Shown piece after piece: positions 34,501-47,200 of a stretch of 64,000 nt of DNA. The stretch spans positions 12,772,520-12,836,519 of the forward strand of contig CM082578.2 of assembly GCA_040954595.2 (NCBI GenBank), written 5' to 3'. How positions within the stretch are numbered: the first letter of the stretch is position 1; every line of letters starts with the position of its first letter. The stretch comes from Balanoglossus misakiensis (taxonomy: Eukaryota; Animalia; Hemichordata). The position numbers and the translations under genes are program-made. The notes under the pieces were generated by a model. The model was not told where the DNA came from. It saw only the letters and a program-made list of their open reading frames with translations, and did not search any database.

Positions 34501-37500
34501 CAACCAACACCTTCAAAGTTGCAGTCAATGTCGCTGCTGGTAGCAAGATATCTTTTGAACTGACTTACCAAGAAATGTTGCAACGGCGGCTTGGTGTCTA
34601 TGAGCATAGAATCAGCATTCGACCTGGACAGGTATAGATTGCGAATACTTCAAATTCGATTAATACTCTACGTACACTAATGTCAGAATTCCAAATATAT
34701 GCCGGCAATTAAGATTTATAGCGAATTTTATTATTTGGCTCTATCCCTCATGGCCAGGCAATATGTAGTCAGTAAGATTCCTGTGATTTTTGGCTTAACA
34801 CGTTATCCGTATTACGTGACATGTTGAAGAATTCGAACCAGCGATATTTATAGAATTGCTATATGAGATCATAGAGTTTTAAATTTAGGTGATTGACTCG
34901 AGAGGGCGCTATGAACACAACAGAATCGTTGCCAGTGGAAACCGTTCATGATCTCGAACCACCATCACTCACTCGACGTAACGCTGATGTCGATTAAAAG
35001 CTTTCATTCACATTTGCGTCATAACAAGAGCATCATTATATATACCTCTTCCTTGAAATGTTAGATTGTGAAACGGCTGAAGATTGACGTGTTCATCACA
35101 GAGCCACAAGAACTCGAGTTCGTCCACGTGTCACCGATCATCAGCAACGTTGTGGACACGTGGAACTTGGGTGGCGGTGCCGCGTCGCCTGTCACCGTCA
35201 ACCAGGAATCGGACACCAGGGCCCACATCAGTTACTACCCAACGGAGGACGAGCAGCGGGGACAGTCTCCTGAGGGTATCAACGGAGATCTGATTGTACG
35301 ATACGATGTCAAACACGAAGCAAATGCGGGTGAAATTCAGGTAAATCTCGAGGTCTACTTTCGCGAATATTTGAATGTTTTTTTTTTCAAAATTAATAAA
35401 GGGAACTAAAAAATAATAAATAGTTAGATAGATATATAGACAGACAGACAGACGGATATTTGGACATATGTAAACTAAGGCTGTGTTTATAACTTTATAA
35501 CGTCTGGGAACGGTGTTCATTGATTTTAAAGGTCCTGAACGGTTACTTTGTGCACTACTTCGCGCCAAGTGACCTCCCCCCTGTGCAGAAGAACGTCGTC
35601 TTCGTCATCGACGTCAGTGGATCCATGGACGGCACCAAGATGAGACAGACGAAACAAGCCCTGAAGGTGATTCTTGCGGACATGCGCAGTTTTGATCGGT
35701 TCAACATTCTGACCTTCTCGTACGACGTGACCTTCTGGAAGGAGAACACAATGGTGTTGGCCACGCCGGCAAACATCGCTGAAGCAAAGGAGTATGTCCG
35801 TTCGTTGGAGGCATCTGGAGGTATGCTTCCCCGAGTGTGACGTCGTTATGTACATGCTGTCTAGATATTTACTAATTTATGAAGAATTCGGGATTGTGAA
35901 CCAGCGATCCTGATTTGAATTAAGGTTGTACTAGTATGCACCTTGAAAATCAAAGTTAAAAACTTTTTTCATATTAAAATTTTAGATTATTCCCGGTCAC
36001 TAACCATTCTTAGTTTGTACGGGCCATTTTCCTAATTTTCCTAACATGCAAGCGTCATGTCATCACCCAGTCTCTTTCTACCGCTGTTCTTCAGGTACGA
36101 ACTTCAACAGCGGACTCGTCGAAGCCGCCGAGTTGCTCTATTCCGTGACCGACGCCGCCGAAAACAACGAGCGGTCGGCGTTTCTAATCATCATGCTGAC
36201 CGACGGCAATCCCACATCGGGCGAGACGAACCCGTCGGCGATCCAAGGGAACGCCAAGACGGCGATCGACGGGAGGTACTCGCTCTTCTGCCTGGGTTTC
36301 GGAAACGACGTCGACTTCAAGTTCCTGCAGAAGATTTCTCTGGAGAATCAAGGAGTCGGGCGCCGCATCTACGAGGACGCGGACGCCAATCTTCAACTCA
36401 AGGGGTTCTACGACGAAGTGGCCACGCCTTTGCTGTTCGACGTGGACATCCAGTACCCGAGCGGCAACGTCGAGGCCAACACCGTCACCCAGAGCACGTT
36501 CAGGAACTTTTTCAACGGATCGGAGATAGTGGTGGCCGGAAAGTTGGTAGAGGACAGCCTGGTCAACCTTGTGGCGAGCGTCGTTGCCAACGGAGCCGAC
36601 AGTGAGATAGAATTTGTCGGAGAGTTTAATCCAGTGGTAAGGAAATTTCACTGGGTTACGTGTTCACACAAGTGACTAATGTCATATCAATGTCTGTCTG
36701 TCTGTCTGTCTCTTTCTCAGGGACTTTGATTTGCCCAATCGAATTGTAAGTCTATAAACTGTGGTCGATGCAGTGTTCTTTAACGGCGAAAAATAATGGC
36801 AACCACCTCGTCAATTCTGATATTTTCCAGGAAACTCCGTCGTCCCTGCTCAATAAACACGTGCCAGACGATTTCGTCCAACGGCTGTGGGCATACCTCA
36901 CAATCAAGGAAATTCTTCGCAAACGTGTGCTGACCTCTGACCCTGACCTGAAAGAAGCCCTTTCCCAAGAAGCGCTGGAGTTATCACTGAAGTACAACTT
37001 TGTGACTCCGCTAACGTCGATGCTTGTTGTGAAACCCGAAGTTCCAGAGACCAACCAAGCCGAGGGGGAAACTAAAGACGGAGACGCGGTAGCCGATAAG
37101 GATTCGGGTAATGGATTTAATAGAAGTTGCATCTGTGATTGATTGCATTATTGGTTGGTTGGTTGGTTGGTTGGGCCTTGGTTGGTTGGTTTATCCAGAC
37201 AGTGCCATATGCATAACATCGACCCTTTTTTCGTTGTAGCCACTCCGGCACCAACAAGTAAACCCATTCCTCCCCCGACTTCGCCCAATCGGCAGAAAGG
37301 CGGAAGAAAACACAACAAAGGAGGACGTGGAGGTGGAAGGTCATACGGTGAGTTGGATGCCCTCAACACTCACCATCTTAAGTTTGTGTCGATGTCGAAC
37401 AGATAAGAGTTTTATTATTACTAAACTAAGTAGCACTGCATCATACATTTACTCGACAGCCTATGGCGACCCTCACTTCGTTATTGATCTCCCGGATGGT

Positions 37501-38782
37501 AACAACACTTTGTGCTTCAATATCAACGGAGAAGATGGCGAAATATTCACTCTCGTCAGTGACCCGACCACAGGTAATCTACCTTGTGTTTATCGTGAAC
37601 ATCTTCAGTCACGTGACCGACAGAATTTGGCGCCAGGATTTGCCGTGTCATGACGTCACGGAGTTCTTTGCTGTTTGTTGTGTTGATGGATGTGGATAGG
37701 GAGGGGTTGACACGAATGACAAGTTGAAGACAGACAGACAAACAAACGTACGGACAGAGGCATGCAGGCAGTGACAGACAGACAGACCTACGGACGGACG
37801 TACGTACAAGCAGACAAACAGTCATGATTCCAAGGACCTCAAGAATCCGGTCTAGTCCACATCTTCGATAGTCCTGATATCAAAACTAAGTTTTTAAATT
37901 CCAGTGTCTATAGAAAACTGGCCGTGAACTTGTTTTGTTTTTATTTTGCATATCGTTTTTCTGTTCGTATTCCAAACAGGCTTGTATGTAAACGCCAAAT
38001 TGATCGGCGATGGCAAACTGAAACACGGCACCTACCTCGGCGATGTCGGCATCGTCCTGGACACCGAGAGGAAGTCGCACTACATCAGGGTTACCCCGGC
38101 AACCGTTACCCTCGACGACGCGTACAAATTCCCTTGGAAACCGGTGACAATGCGATTCCAAGACTTCACACTGAAAATCAACGCAGATCTCACCTTCACC
38201 CTGTCTTATGGCAGCGACATAGTGATCTTGCTTCACAAAGTAAAGAGACCTAGGCCTCACCCGGATTATTTTGGCTTCTATGTCGAAGACGGGAGTGGAT
38301 TTTCCAAGCAGGTTCACGGATTAATAGGTAATCTTACTTCAAATTATTCAACATCTTTAGGTTTTGTGTGAGGACGACTAATATTCACTCTGACTGTCAG
38401 ACCGTGATCTACTATGCCAATATGTTTTAACACGTGCATCAGTAACCCAATGTGATTCTAACTCCATAAATAATATTACCTATAACAGTAACTTCTTCCT
38501 TTAATACTGGAATTGCTTTCTTCGTTTACAGGTCAGTTTCACGCGAAGAACATTTCGATCATGAACGAAGAGGGCGACGTCTTTGATCCGGGTTATCAGC
38601 AAGCCGAATTGAAGGTGGGAGATCGGACGGTGGAAGTCTTCGAGAACTACCGCAAGAACGAGAAGACGAACGAGCGAGTGCGCTGCTGGTTCGCCCACAA
38701 CAATGCGCGCGGAGTGATCGACGGAAAGCGCAGCAACTATGTCGTGCACGAACTGTACTATCGGAAATTCACTCCGCCGTGA
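28907..38782 (+). CDS. ITIH: Inter-alpha-trypsin inhibitor heavy chain-like protein (signal peptide, VIT, vWA, ITI_HC_C), 927 aa
   Basis: 13 exons: 28907-29035, 30173-30211, 30677-30837, 33029-33139, 34493-34631, 35065-35340, 35532-35820, 36095-36636, 36831-37107, 37240-37347, 37460-37573, 37980-38327, 38532-38782 (2784 nt). Signal peptide MKSKTRVASALLLISLCSVIVGVQG; propeptide RQQR; VIT (IAARFAHT, LPDSAFIANFSM, FELTYQEML); NGYFVHYFAP; MIDAS DVSGS / T / LTDG; RLWAYLTI; LSLKYNFVTPLTSMLV; GDPHF; HGLIGQF. Confidence 0.95.
31035..31539. repeat. Compound (TACA)n/(CAGA)n microsatellite, ~500 bp, ITIH intron 3
   Basis: Directly visible tetranucleotide arrays; they explain the spurious HTYI/MYVC ORFs. 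Confidence 0.98.
37151..37191. repeat. (GGTT)n microsatellite
   Basis: Directly visible in ITIH intron 9. Confidence 0.85.
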
Positions 38783-39997
38783 TCTCATAATTCCTCGGGG
38801 TTTTTATATCAACGAACCGACCCACTTGGCAGAACTTCAACAATATGTATCAGATTTTTTGACGATAACCTTTGTAAAATTAATATTTGAAGACTCGGTT
38901 AATGGTACAAACCTGGGGGTACCTGTCATAAGATGTGGTACGGTTTATGGCAGGAAGTACAAACCACAGCCTCATTTAAGACCATTTCATCTTTAAAACA
39001 CACCCAATTACCCCCATTTTCAAGGATTTTACCCCCCCCCCCCCCACATGCGTTGTTGTCCCGGGCTGCCACACAGTTAAATCGGAATCGGATCATAATC
39101 GTGATTAGGGATTCGGTATGTTGGTGAAAACCTGACACGCTCCCTCAGCGGTAGAATTGGCAAGGACCCCGACGACTTGTTCCCGATGCACAATCAAATC
39201 AGTAATACCCCCCACCCCCAACGAAAACGAAATGTTCCATCCCTAGCATTTTATCACGGTGTACCATTTATCAGTATCCCTTCCCATGGAAAGGAAAGTT
39301 TTCCCAAGGTTTCTTCCAAAGATGCTAATACAGCAAATAGGTCTTGGTTATTCGAAAAGAGTAAATGTAAACTTACGTATATCAGTAGCCTAACACAAAG
39401 AGTAAAATTCGTATTTACTTACTTACACCTTATATGTTACATGTATGTACACAGAGCGAATCATATCGGACGGCTTGGTCAAATGTAGCTTTGACTCGGT
39501 GACTTTCTACTAATCCAATTTTGTGTCAATTTAAACTGAATTGCGTTTAATTTTTTTAAGATTATTCGGCCACCACCACGTGATCCGTTCTCGCGCGCCG
39601 GAAGCAGCAGCAAAACTGGCCATGGTTTCTCTCTGCATTGCTGCTTTTGGATACAGCTGCTGGCGTCGACGCTTTCATTGCGCACTCTACTCCGCCCTCC
39701 AACGAACCATGGCGTAATAGAAAAGGGAGGTTCACTGCAGCTCTAACCCCACGCGGCTCTGGTCACCATGGGAACACGCGGGATGATACGGTGAACCCGA
39801 GCTCGCATGCGTGCAATTCAACCTACATATTCCAGGTCAGCTTCTTTGTCTGATCCAAACATTGTGTGTCAGCAGCGGTTGCTCTTTAATACGATAAAAT
39901 ATTCTGACCCCTCTCAAAAACGATTTCAGGCCTATTGTGACAGACTTCTGTGATCTGTAATTCTTAGTCTGCTTATGTCAGAATTTTACGTTTTGAA

Positions 39998-40003
39998 AAT
40001 AAA
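39998..40003 (+). terminator. Candidate polyA signal of ITIH
   Basis: First canonical AATAAA I found downstream of the stop (~1.2 kb). Confidence 0.35.
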
Positions 40004-41040
40004 AATTAAGATATGATACAGTGGTACCGATGCGACGTTTCCAGCGGTTTAAATTACTGGTTAATTATTCAGCTGCATTACCAAATGGAGTGTGCAACGT
40101 CCATTCCATCATATGATGAACAACGTTACAGTTTTCGAAATTAACTTTCCATTCACGCGAGACTTCGCCGTCTGCTCTTTCCTGAAGGAAGCGCCGCTTG
40201 AACTCCGTCTGGATATGTAATTTCACTTTTGTGGGTCTAGATCGCTTGTCAATGCGCCAGAGTCGCTCCCGTCGGACTGATCAGATAAGCTCGAGTCCCT
40301 CTGCGGATTGATTCTCTGAGTAAAATGTGGGGTTAGCCCTGGCCAGCGCGCTTGTATTCTGGTTACACCGCCGCACGGTGTACCTGTGCCACGGAGAAAG
40401 CATGTCTGGGTCGTAGAATGTCCCATTGGCTGGCAACAAAGTGTGCGTATGCACCGGTTGTCAGCTGATCTCAAGAGCGGTCGATGGCATTTACATGCGA
40501 CCACCTGCATGAATAAAGCGCGTTTCAGCTTCGATCGCACTCAACATGAATGGCTGAAAAAATTACACATATCTCACGCGCCGTGACATATTTTGAAGAG
40601 CGCTCACCGCTGAAGGGGGCGGCCGATCGTGAGTGCGCGCACGGCGTCGCAAATGATGTCGTCCTTGAACGAGACAAATACGAATCCACTTCTCGGGCCC
40701 GAAAGCGAGCCCGGGTGTAAATATTCCACGTTTATATACCATTCAAAACGGCATATGTCCTGTTAAATGAACAGAACAGTCTAAATTCAAGGCCCTGCCC
40801 ATCTCACCCTCTTACTGTGACGTCCTAGTTAACCGGGAATAACGAGTGAATAATCAATGCAGATGTGGAATAATTATCATAATTGCTCTTCGGGCTCTGC
40901 GCATACAGATGCAACTGCGCAGCTAGAAGTCGCTGATTCATTGCATTTTGGGGCACACTGCTGTGTGAATGTGCAATGAAGTACAACTAGCGCTGGTGTC
41001 GTCCTGGTTTCTTTTTTACTACGGTGTCAGTGGTGATTCG

Positions 41041-41053
41041 AAAATGGCGGCTG
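41041..41053 (+). promoter_or_regulatory. YY1-type motif near the probable TSS of the Piccolo-like gene
   Basis: AAAATGGCGGCTG in CpG-rich sequence ~180 nt upstream of the start codon. Confidence 0.5.
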
Positions 41054-41224
41054 TCGACATATAGATGGATCGGTAAAAGGTGAAGAATTTCCCCCCTTTT
41101 TCCTTCTAGCCGTAGGTTTCGTCAGGCGCGCTTTTGCTGTACTGTAGGTGGGCTTCTCAGAGTCAGTCGACCTGTGTGTAGACGATGCCCATGCGTGACA
41201 GTGGTGACGGTTGCCGGTGGAGGT

Positions 41225-44200
41225 ATGGGTAACCAGAACAGCGGCGAAGATTCGGCAAGTTACACCGAGACGGACTTTGATGATTCGGACCTTTACTCGC
41301 TAGTGGCTCAGTCCAGCAGGGCCCCGTCACCGATGGAGCCTCCCGAGGCCGACCTGAGTCATCTCACCGAGGAGGAGCGCTCGCAAATCACGGGGGTGTT
41401 GCAGAGAGCTCGGGAGTTGCAGGACCGCGAGGAACAGCGTGTGCGGTATGTGTATAGTTAGATACTATATAGTATATACACCTCAACCGCTGCGGTTTGC
41501 TTGTAGCGGGGCTTGTGACTCAATCTCGACGAGCGCGATGCTTGTTTTAATCGGTGATTTATGGAGAGTGTACATTAAAGCCCATTATCGTATTTGAATA
41601 ATGACTGGAGGAAACGAACGCCATTCTGTGCAGAATTTTAATATCGTGGCATATTTCCTAAGTACAATTAATGTCCGTGAGAAAAAAAACAACGATTCGT
41701 GAATCTGTATTAACGCGGATAATATTGTTGACCTCAGAAAAAAATAATAAAACCACCCTCGTCGTTCACGATAAATATGTAATCCGGTTCGCAGTTGTCA
41801 AAAGACTGTACGTACGCATATCTGTGTGTTTTTATGGGGTTCATTTGTATTTGCTGCACACGGGCGTGTGGCCGATATTTCAAACAGAGGTCGTGATATT
41901 TCGTTTTTTAAACAATTTCTGTTGCAGCGAATTGGAGCAGGAGTACTCGTCGTTCGCCCACAACATCGTACGCCGGGCGTCTCTGACGGGAATGGAGAAG
42001 GACGTCTGTCCCATCTGCCTGACGACGGAGCTGGTTTACGGCGCGCCCGCCGCGGAGGGAGAGCGAGGCGGCGACGACGACGTCGATCGGGGAATTGTGT
42101 GCGAGGACTGCGAGAGGCGAGTGTGTCGTAAATGTGGATCAACCGCTGTTTCAATAGCAACGAAGGTGAGTCGCCCATAAATATTCCTCCTACGCCATCC
42201 GCTCTGCACAGAATAATCCGGTCGTGATTTTCATTCACTCCGGTTGTCTGATGAAATATACAATTTAATTTCAATATCTGTATTTTTATACATATAAAAA
42301 TGCGGATTTTAAGAGAGCCTTTGGTTTGTGAAATCAATTGAATAATTTTGCTGAAAGGTATGCGCAGACGCGTTCTTCATTTTGAACGCCGTACGCAGAG
42401 TAGTTTTGGGGTCATAGATGGGCATTTCCACCTCCGTATTATCAATAGCGAATATAGAGGGCCCTGAACTAGGCGACGAAGCACACGCGATTACTAGTAC
42501 ATCCACGGTCACTCCACAAACCCAGCAGACCGAATCAACACTAATCGCCATTACTTGAAGAACGACCGCGAATTTTATCGGGCAGACCTTCGGATAACTG
42601 TCAAGGCTAAACCAAAGACACCACAACGGAATCAGTAACCGCGGCAACGGTGATCATCGAAGAAGGGGGAACTCGCCACATCACATGACCTTGTTTGCAT
42701 ATTGAATTCGGTTCAGAAACGTGAACACGTCATTTTCTTTTGTGCGGTGTCAGCGTCAATATTTCACATTATATTAATTATTCTCACCAATACCCCAGAT
42801 GACATTGTTAGGTTAAACTCGTGCGATACAATAACATCATTCCGTGAATGTCAACAAAATTATATAACGGGCTCTTAAACATCAGTATGGAGAGGCAGGG
42901 TGCGTTATTCCCATCTCTCGTGGAAATATTTTTGGACAGGGGGGTACGTTTAAAATCGTTCATGGTCAACATTCTGGAATCTATCCTGTTTTGTGTTTAT
43001 CGAACTGGTGATGTTGAGCTGCTTAGAGAAATTCCCCTTTTAGTGGCCCTCAAATATACTCTAGTGATATACAACCTGACACGAGTCATTATCGGGCATT
43101 GTGATGTGACAGAGGCAAAGAGAACTTGCCTGCTCCAGCTATTCGCAAAACCCAAGACTCATTTCCGGCAGTGCCACAAAAACGTATAATGCTCTGCTGT
43201 GTATTACTACACAATGTTAATGACTTGATATCGATGATGCAATTTCCAATTACCCGTCCCCCTTTCAGACCTCTCGTAGTACTATGAAGCGCACCGAGTA
43301 TATGATAAACTCGTTTCGGAAAGTCCGAAAATTGCATTGCTCAATACTGGTCCCCAAATCATACTCTGTCGCACAGGAGACAAATTAAGAGTAAATTCAT
43401 CAACGTGAGTGAATATTCTCGCTTCCGCCATGTATGTAACGGTCGAGTCTAATGTTTAATATTTGTAAGCTTAATGATTAATCATTTATGGACATGGTTT
43501 TTTATTAATGACTTTTCATGAACTCTTGAACGACTGAAATTTAGATGCGGTGTATACGTACATATATACATACATTCATATATTTTAACTAGCAACAACA
43601 CGTTGTTAATATGGGTTAGGGGCCTACATGGTTTGGTTTTAATATTGTCTGACATCGACAAAGCGCTGCAACGTCCTGGATAAGCTCCACTAGTTCAACA
43701 AGTTAAACGTGGACAGTTCTCCCCCACCCTCGCAACCTTGTAATTCACCTAGCCCGAGAACAAGCGAACATTTTCACACATTAGACCTAAACAAGCTGTA
43801 TATCTTTGCCAGGGCATCTAGTCATACCTTATTTAAAGCATGCCGCGTATTACCTAGATTATTAACACATTAAACAGGCGATGTCATCGTGTTTACCATC
43901 GCCAATTTTGTTTTCCCAGAACGTGTAGAGTGTTTGATTGCCGTGACCCTGAGAGCTATTTCATCATCATGATTCGGTTTATTGAGAAGTTTTGTTGTAA
44001 AAGTCAATCAGCGAATGCTGTGTACCTGTCAACTCCAATATAACACGATATCCAGTCTGCGACTGCGTGAAGAAGGCCTGCCTCTTCAAGATGGAGGCTG
44101 GATAAAGATTGCTTATATCGACAAACTGTAACACGGATCGAATCGGTTTATAAAGGGCGTCTCTCAGATGATATACATCTGAAATCATTTGAAAAGACGT

Positions 44201-47200
44201 TATTTTTCTCAATATTACAACCCATAACTACGTTAAATTCCAATTTTCCAGACGAGCATGGTCTATAGCGGTGAAGCTACCCAACTTACCCCGGTCGGTA
44301 AAACCAGAACACACTCCAGATAATCTGAATTTCGGCACCGAAAATTAAAGGGGATACTCATATCAAACGTTGTAACAAACAGCACAATGCCCCCCCCCCC
44401 CCGAGCAAGCTTGTTCCCTGCACGCACACAAACCAGCTATCGTTTCAGACCCGGATAACGAGAAGATAGGCTTTGCGATTGCAAGTGAAAACAGGTTTCG
44501 CATATCGCAGGCAGCCGAGACGACGTTCCACAAATTATACAGCTTGCACTTGCCCCCAGCTGATCGAATATGATTTAGCGATCGACCGAACGCCACCTGC
44601 ATTATTTCCAGACAGTACATTTCCTGTGGGTATTCACTGAATTGAATATCTCTCCTATTATTCTGCTATTTTTGTTGTACTTCCATCGACCCTGTCGATA
44701 TTTTTCCTAAAATTATCAACATTTAGACAAAAATACACGTACGGCACGTGTCAAGGTATTTGGTATAGGCCCGCCTGACATTTCGATAGTTGGTATGTAA
44801 TATCGAAAGATACCGTTTTGGACTGTATGCCACAAAATCATAGGGTATTGGAAAACGACACGGATATGTATGGGCGTTCTTTTTGCACAGATAGTGCAGA
44901 TTAAATCGATTACTAGTCTAGAATGTAATGTTCAGCTTTTCAGGATGAAAGACGTAAAAATACCTAACCGAAGGGGCCACGCGTCACTGAAAATTTTAAT
45001 GAATATGTGAAAAATAACGGTGCAATTTTTCATCGCGCATCGTTTTTTCCCCCCGCCACAGTTGAGCAATTCTTGTGCAATCCGTTATTCTGCTGGGAAT
45101 TATACCTGGCACGACATTCACGTGAGATCTCATCGGGGTCACAAAGGTGAAGGCCTGCGCCATTTTTATATTCAAGTCGTTCAAAAGCAAAAAAAGAAAA
45201 AAATATGCACATGTAATTATCGCCCGTGCTTGCACAGCATTTGGAATTATCCCGTGTATTTCTCAATGGAATCTATATCCAAGGGATTAAAAACAAAAAA
45301 ATTACATGATTTAATCGAGGCCATATAAGTCTGCAGATGTTTTGACTCGGTTATAGGACACCTCGACAGCCTCCTCACTTCATATCCTCTTTTGAGCGAA
45401 ATCCCATAAATTAAATGAACGAAACATTATTTTCGTGCCCGGAGGAAATTCCGCGACATGTTTCATACGGACTTAACTGCACGCGAAGAAACTGAAGAAC
45501 CCGTGTGTAATAGCTTTTTGTGCACTGTTTGAAGAGCTTGCGCCGAGAAGTTATTACAAGACTCGAGACATCAGTCAGACATAGATTACCGCGGGTAATA
45601 ATCTCACACAGACGCTGAAACTTAACTCGCGCCTGTGAAATATCTCGCCGCTAACATTTCCCTAGTTCTTATGCCAATCTCGTCTAGAATTAACAGAACA
45701 GGGCAAATACGACATAAACCCAACCAGTACATTGCTCTATTTTAGACAGGGAATTGCCGCATTTTTCAGGTTTACTTGTTTATGAGAACACAGGAGGCAT
45801 CTACTTCTGCGTTTAGGGAAATAGGCGGGAAAAGACATAATTGTAAAAAGTCCGCCTCGAGTCATGCTTCCCGCCATTATTACATAGTGGTGTCTCCCAG
45901 TATCGTCTTGTCGTTTAAACGCCCAGTTTTTATCTGTCTGTAACGATCATGCGGAACAGTAAACCGACAGCAGACTACTTCTGTGAAAATTATATATAAT
46001 TCTGCAGACATCAAGTGCCCTTTGGTCAAATACTGATTTGAAGTCCCCGCGTTTATGTTGCGATGGAAAGATGAAAAGAGAGAGCTATGTCTTTGGCATT
46101 GTTGTCTGAATGCACGCTCTCATTCAGTTTGCGTTTTCTTACGCCTCTGGGCCTACCCGTATTAACATCTGTTCGTGTTGTGCTCTTCGCGATTTTACAG
46201 AACATCTGGGTACTTTTTGACCAGCCAATGGCTATACATTGAGCAGGAACACGATACACATTTGTTATCCGAAAACCACGTCGATGCCACAGCCGATGTA
46301 CAAACGAGTTAACGCGAAAATCACAGATGTAGCTTACCAGTTTTTGTGCGTTTGTGAATCGTTTGAAGCTCCTTCAGTAACTGTGATCGCAGAATAGCTG
46401 CTTCTGAAAATTCTTGTTTTTTTACAATAATTATTTGAGTTCTTTGACAGACCTACCATCCTGCTGTAAGCCTTATGATAAAATACAACATACTTTTTAA
46501 CATAAAAATACGTGCACATAGAAAATAAATGTAGGTTTTTTGTTAACACTTTTTAATCTGTCAAGTGAACATTACTGATGTCGACGCACTTTTTAAAGGA
46601 TTGATTTAAATTAGGTTAATAGGTTGCTTTCTAAGTCGATTAGTATACCGTTTGACTATTATAGACCATTTGATATCTAATTATCATTCTTGCTGCGAGT
46701 TATGCCCTTTATATTAATAGAACAACCACCCATTTTCTCTGGAAATATGCAGATTTCAGGGTCGCATACAAATGAAGGGCTTAAGGCGCGTTCTCTGTGT
46801 CACGTAGTCCAACCAAATCAAGGTATTATATGACTCAAGAAATTTCATCACATTATTAGTAGATGTTCACCGTCTCCTGTCTGTAAACTCGCCAACAGCT
46901 GCTCCGTCTTCAAATATGCTGATTTAACCGAAATAGAAAAACATGGCATTTACGGAAGTAGTAGTTGATATGTGCGATTTTTTGTGGACTGCAGGATGCA
47001 CGTTCTTCCCGAGAAACAACTGCTGCAATCTGACACACGTGCAAACGACAAAATGAAGGGGTCTAACGAAGCTGATTTTTGACAAACGATTGACGTCAAA
47101 TTCTTTGTTTCAAATGAAGGAACTGGATAAAAATAGACATCTTTTGGATAAAAATAGCCATCGTTCGGCTATTTTCTGTCTAAACCGGGGATGTCAGGAA

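Noticed and set aside
39137-39185. tRNA A-box-like CTCAGCGGTAGA
   Set aside because: No B box and no cloverleaf.
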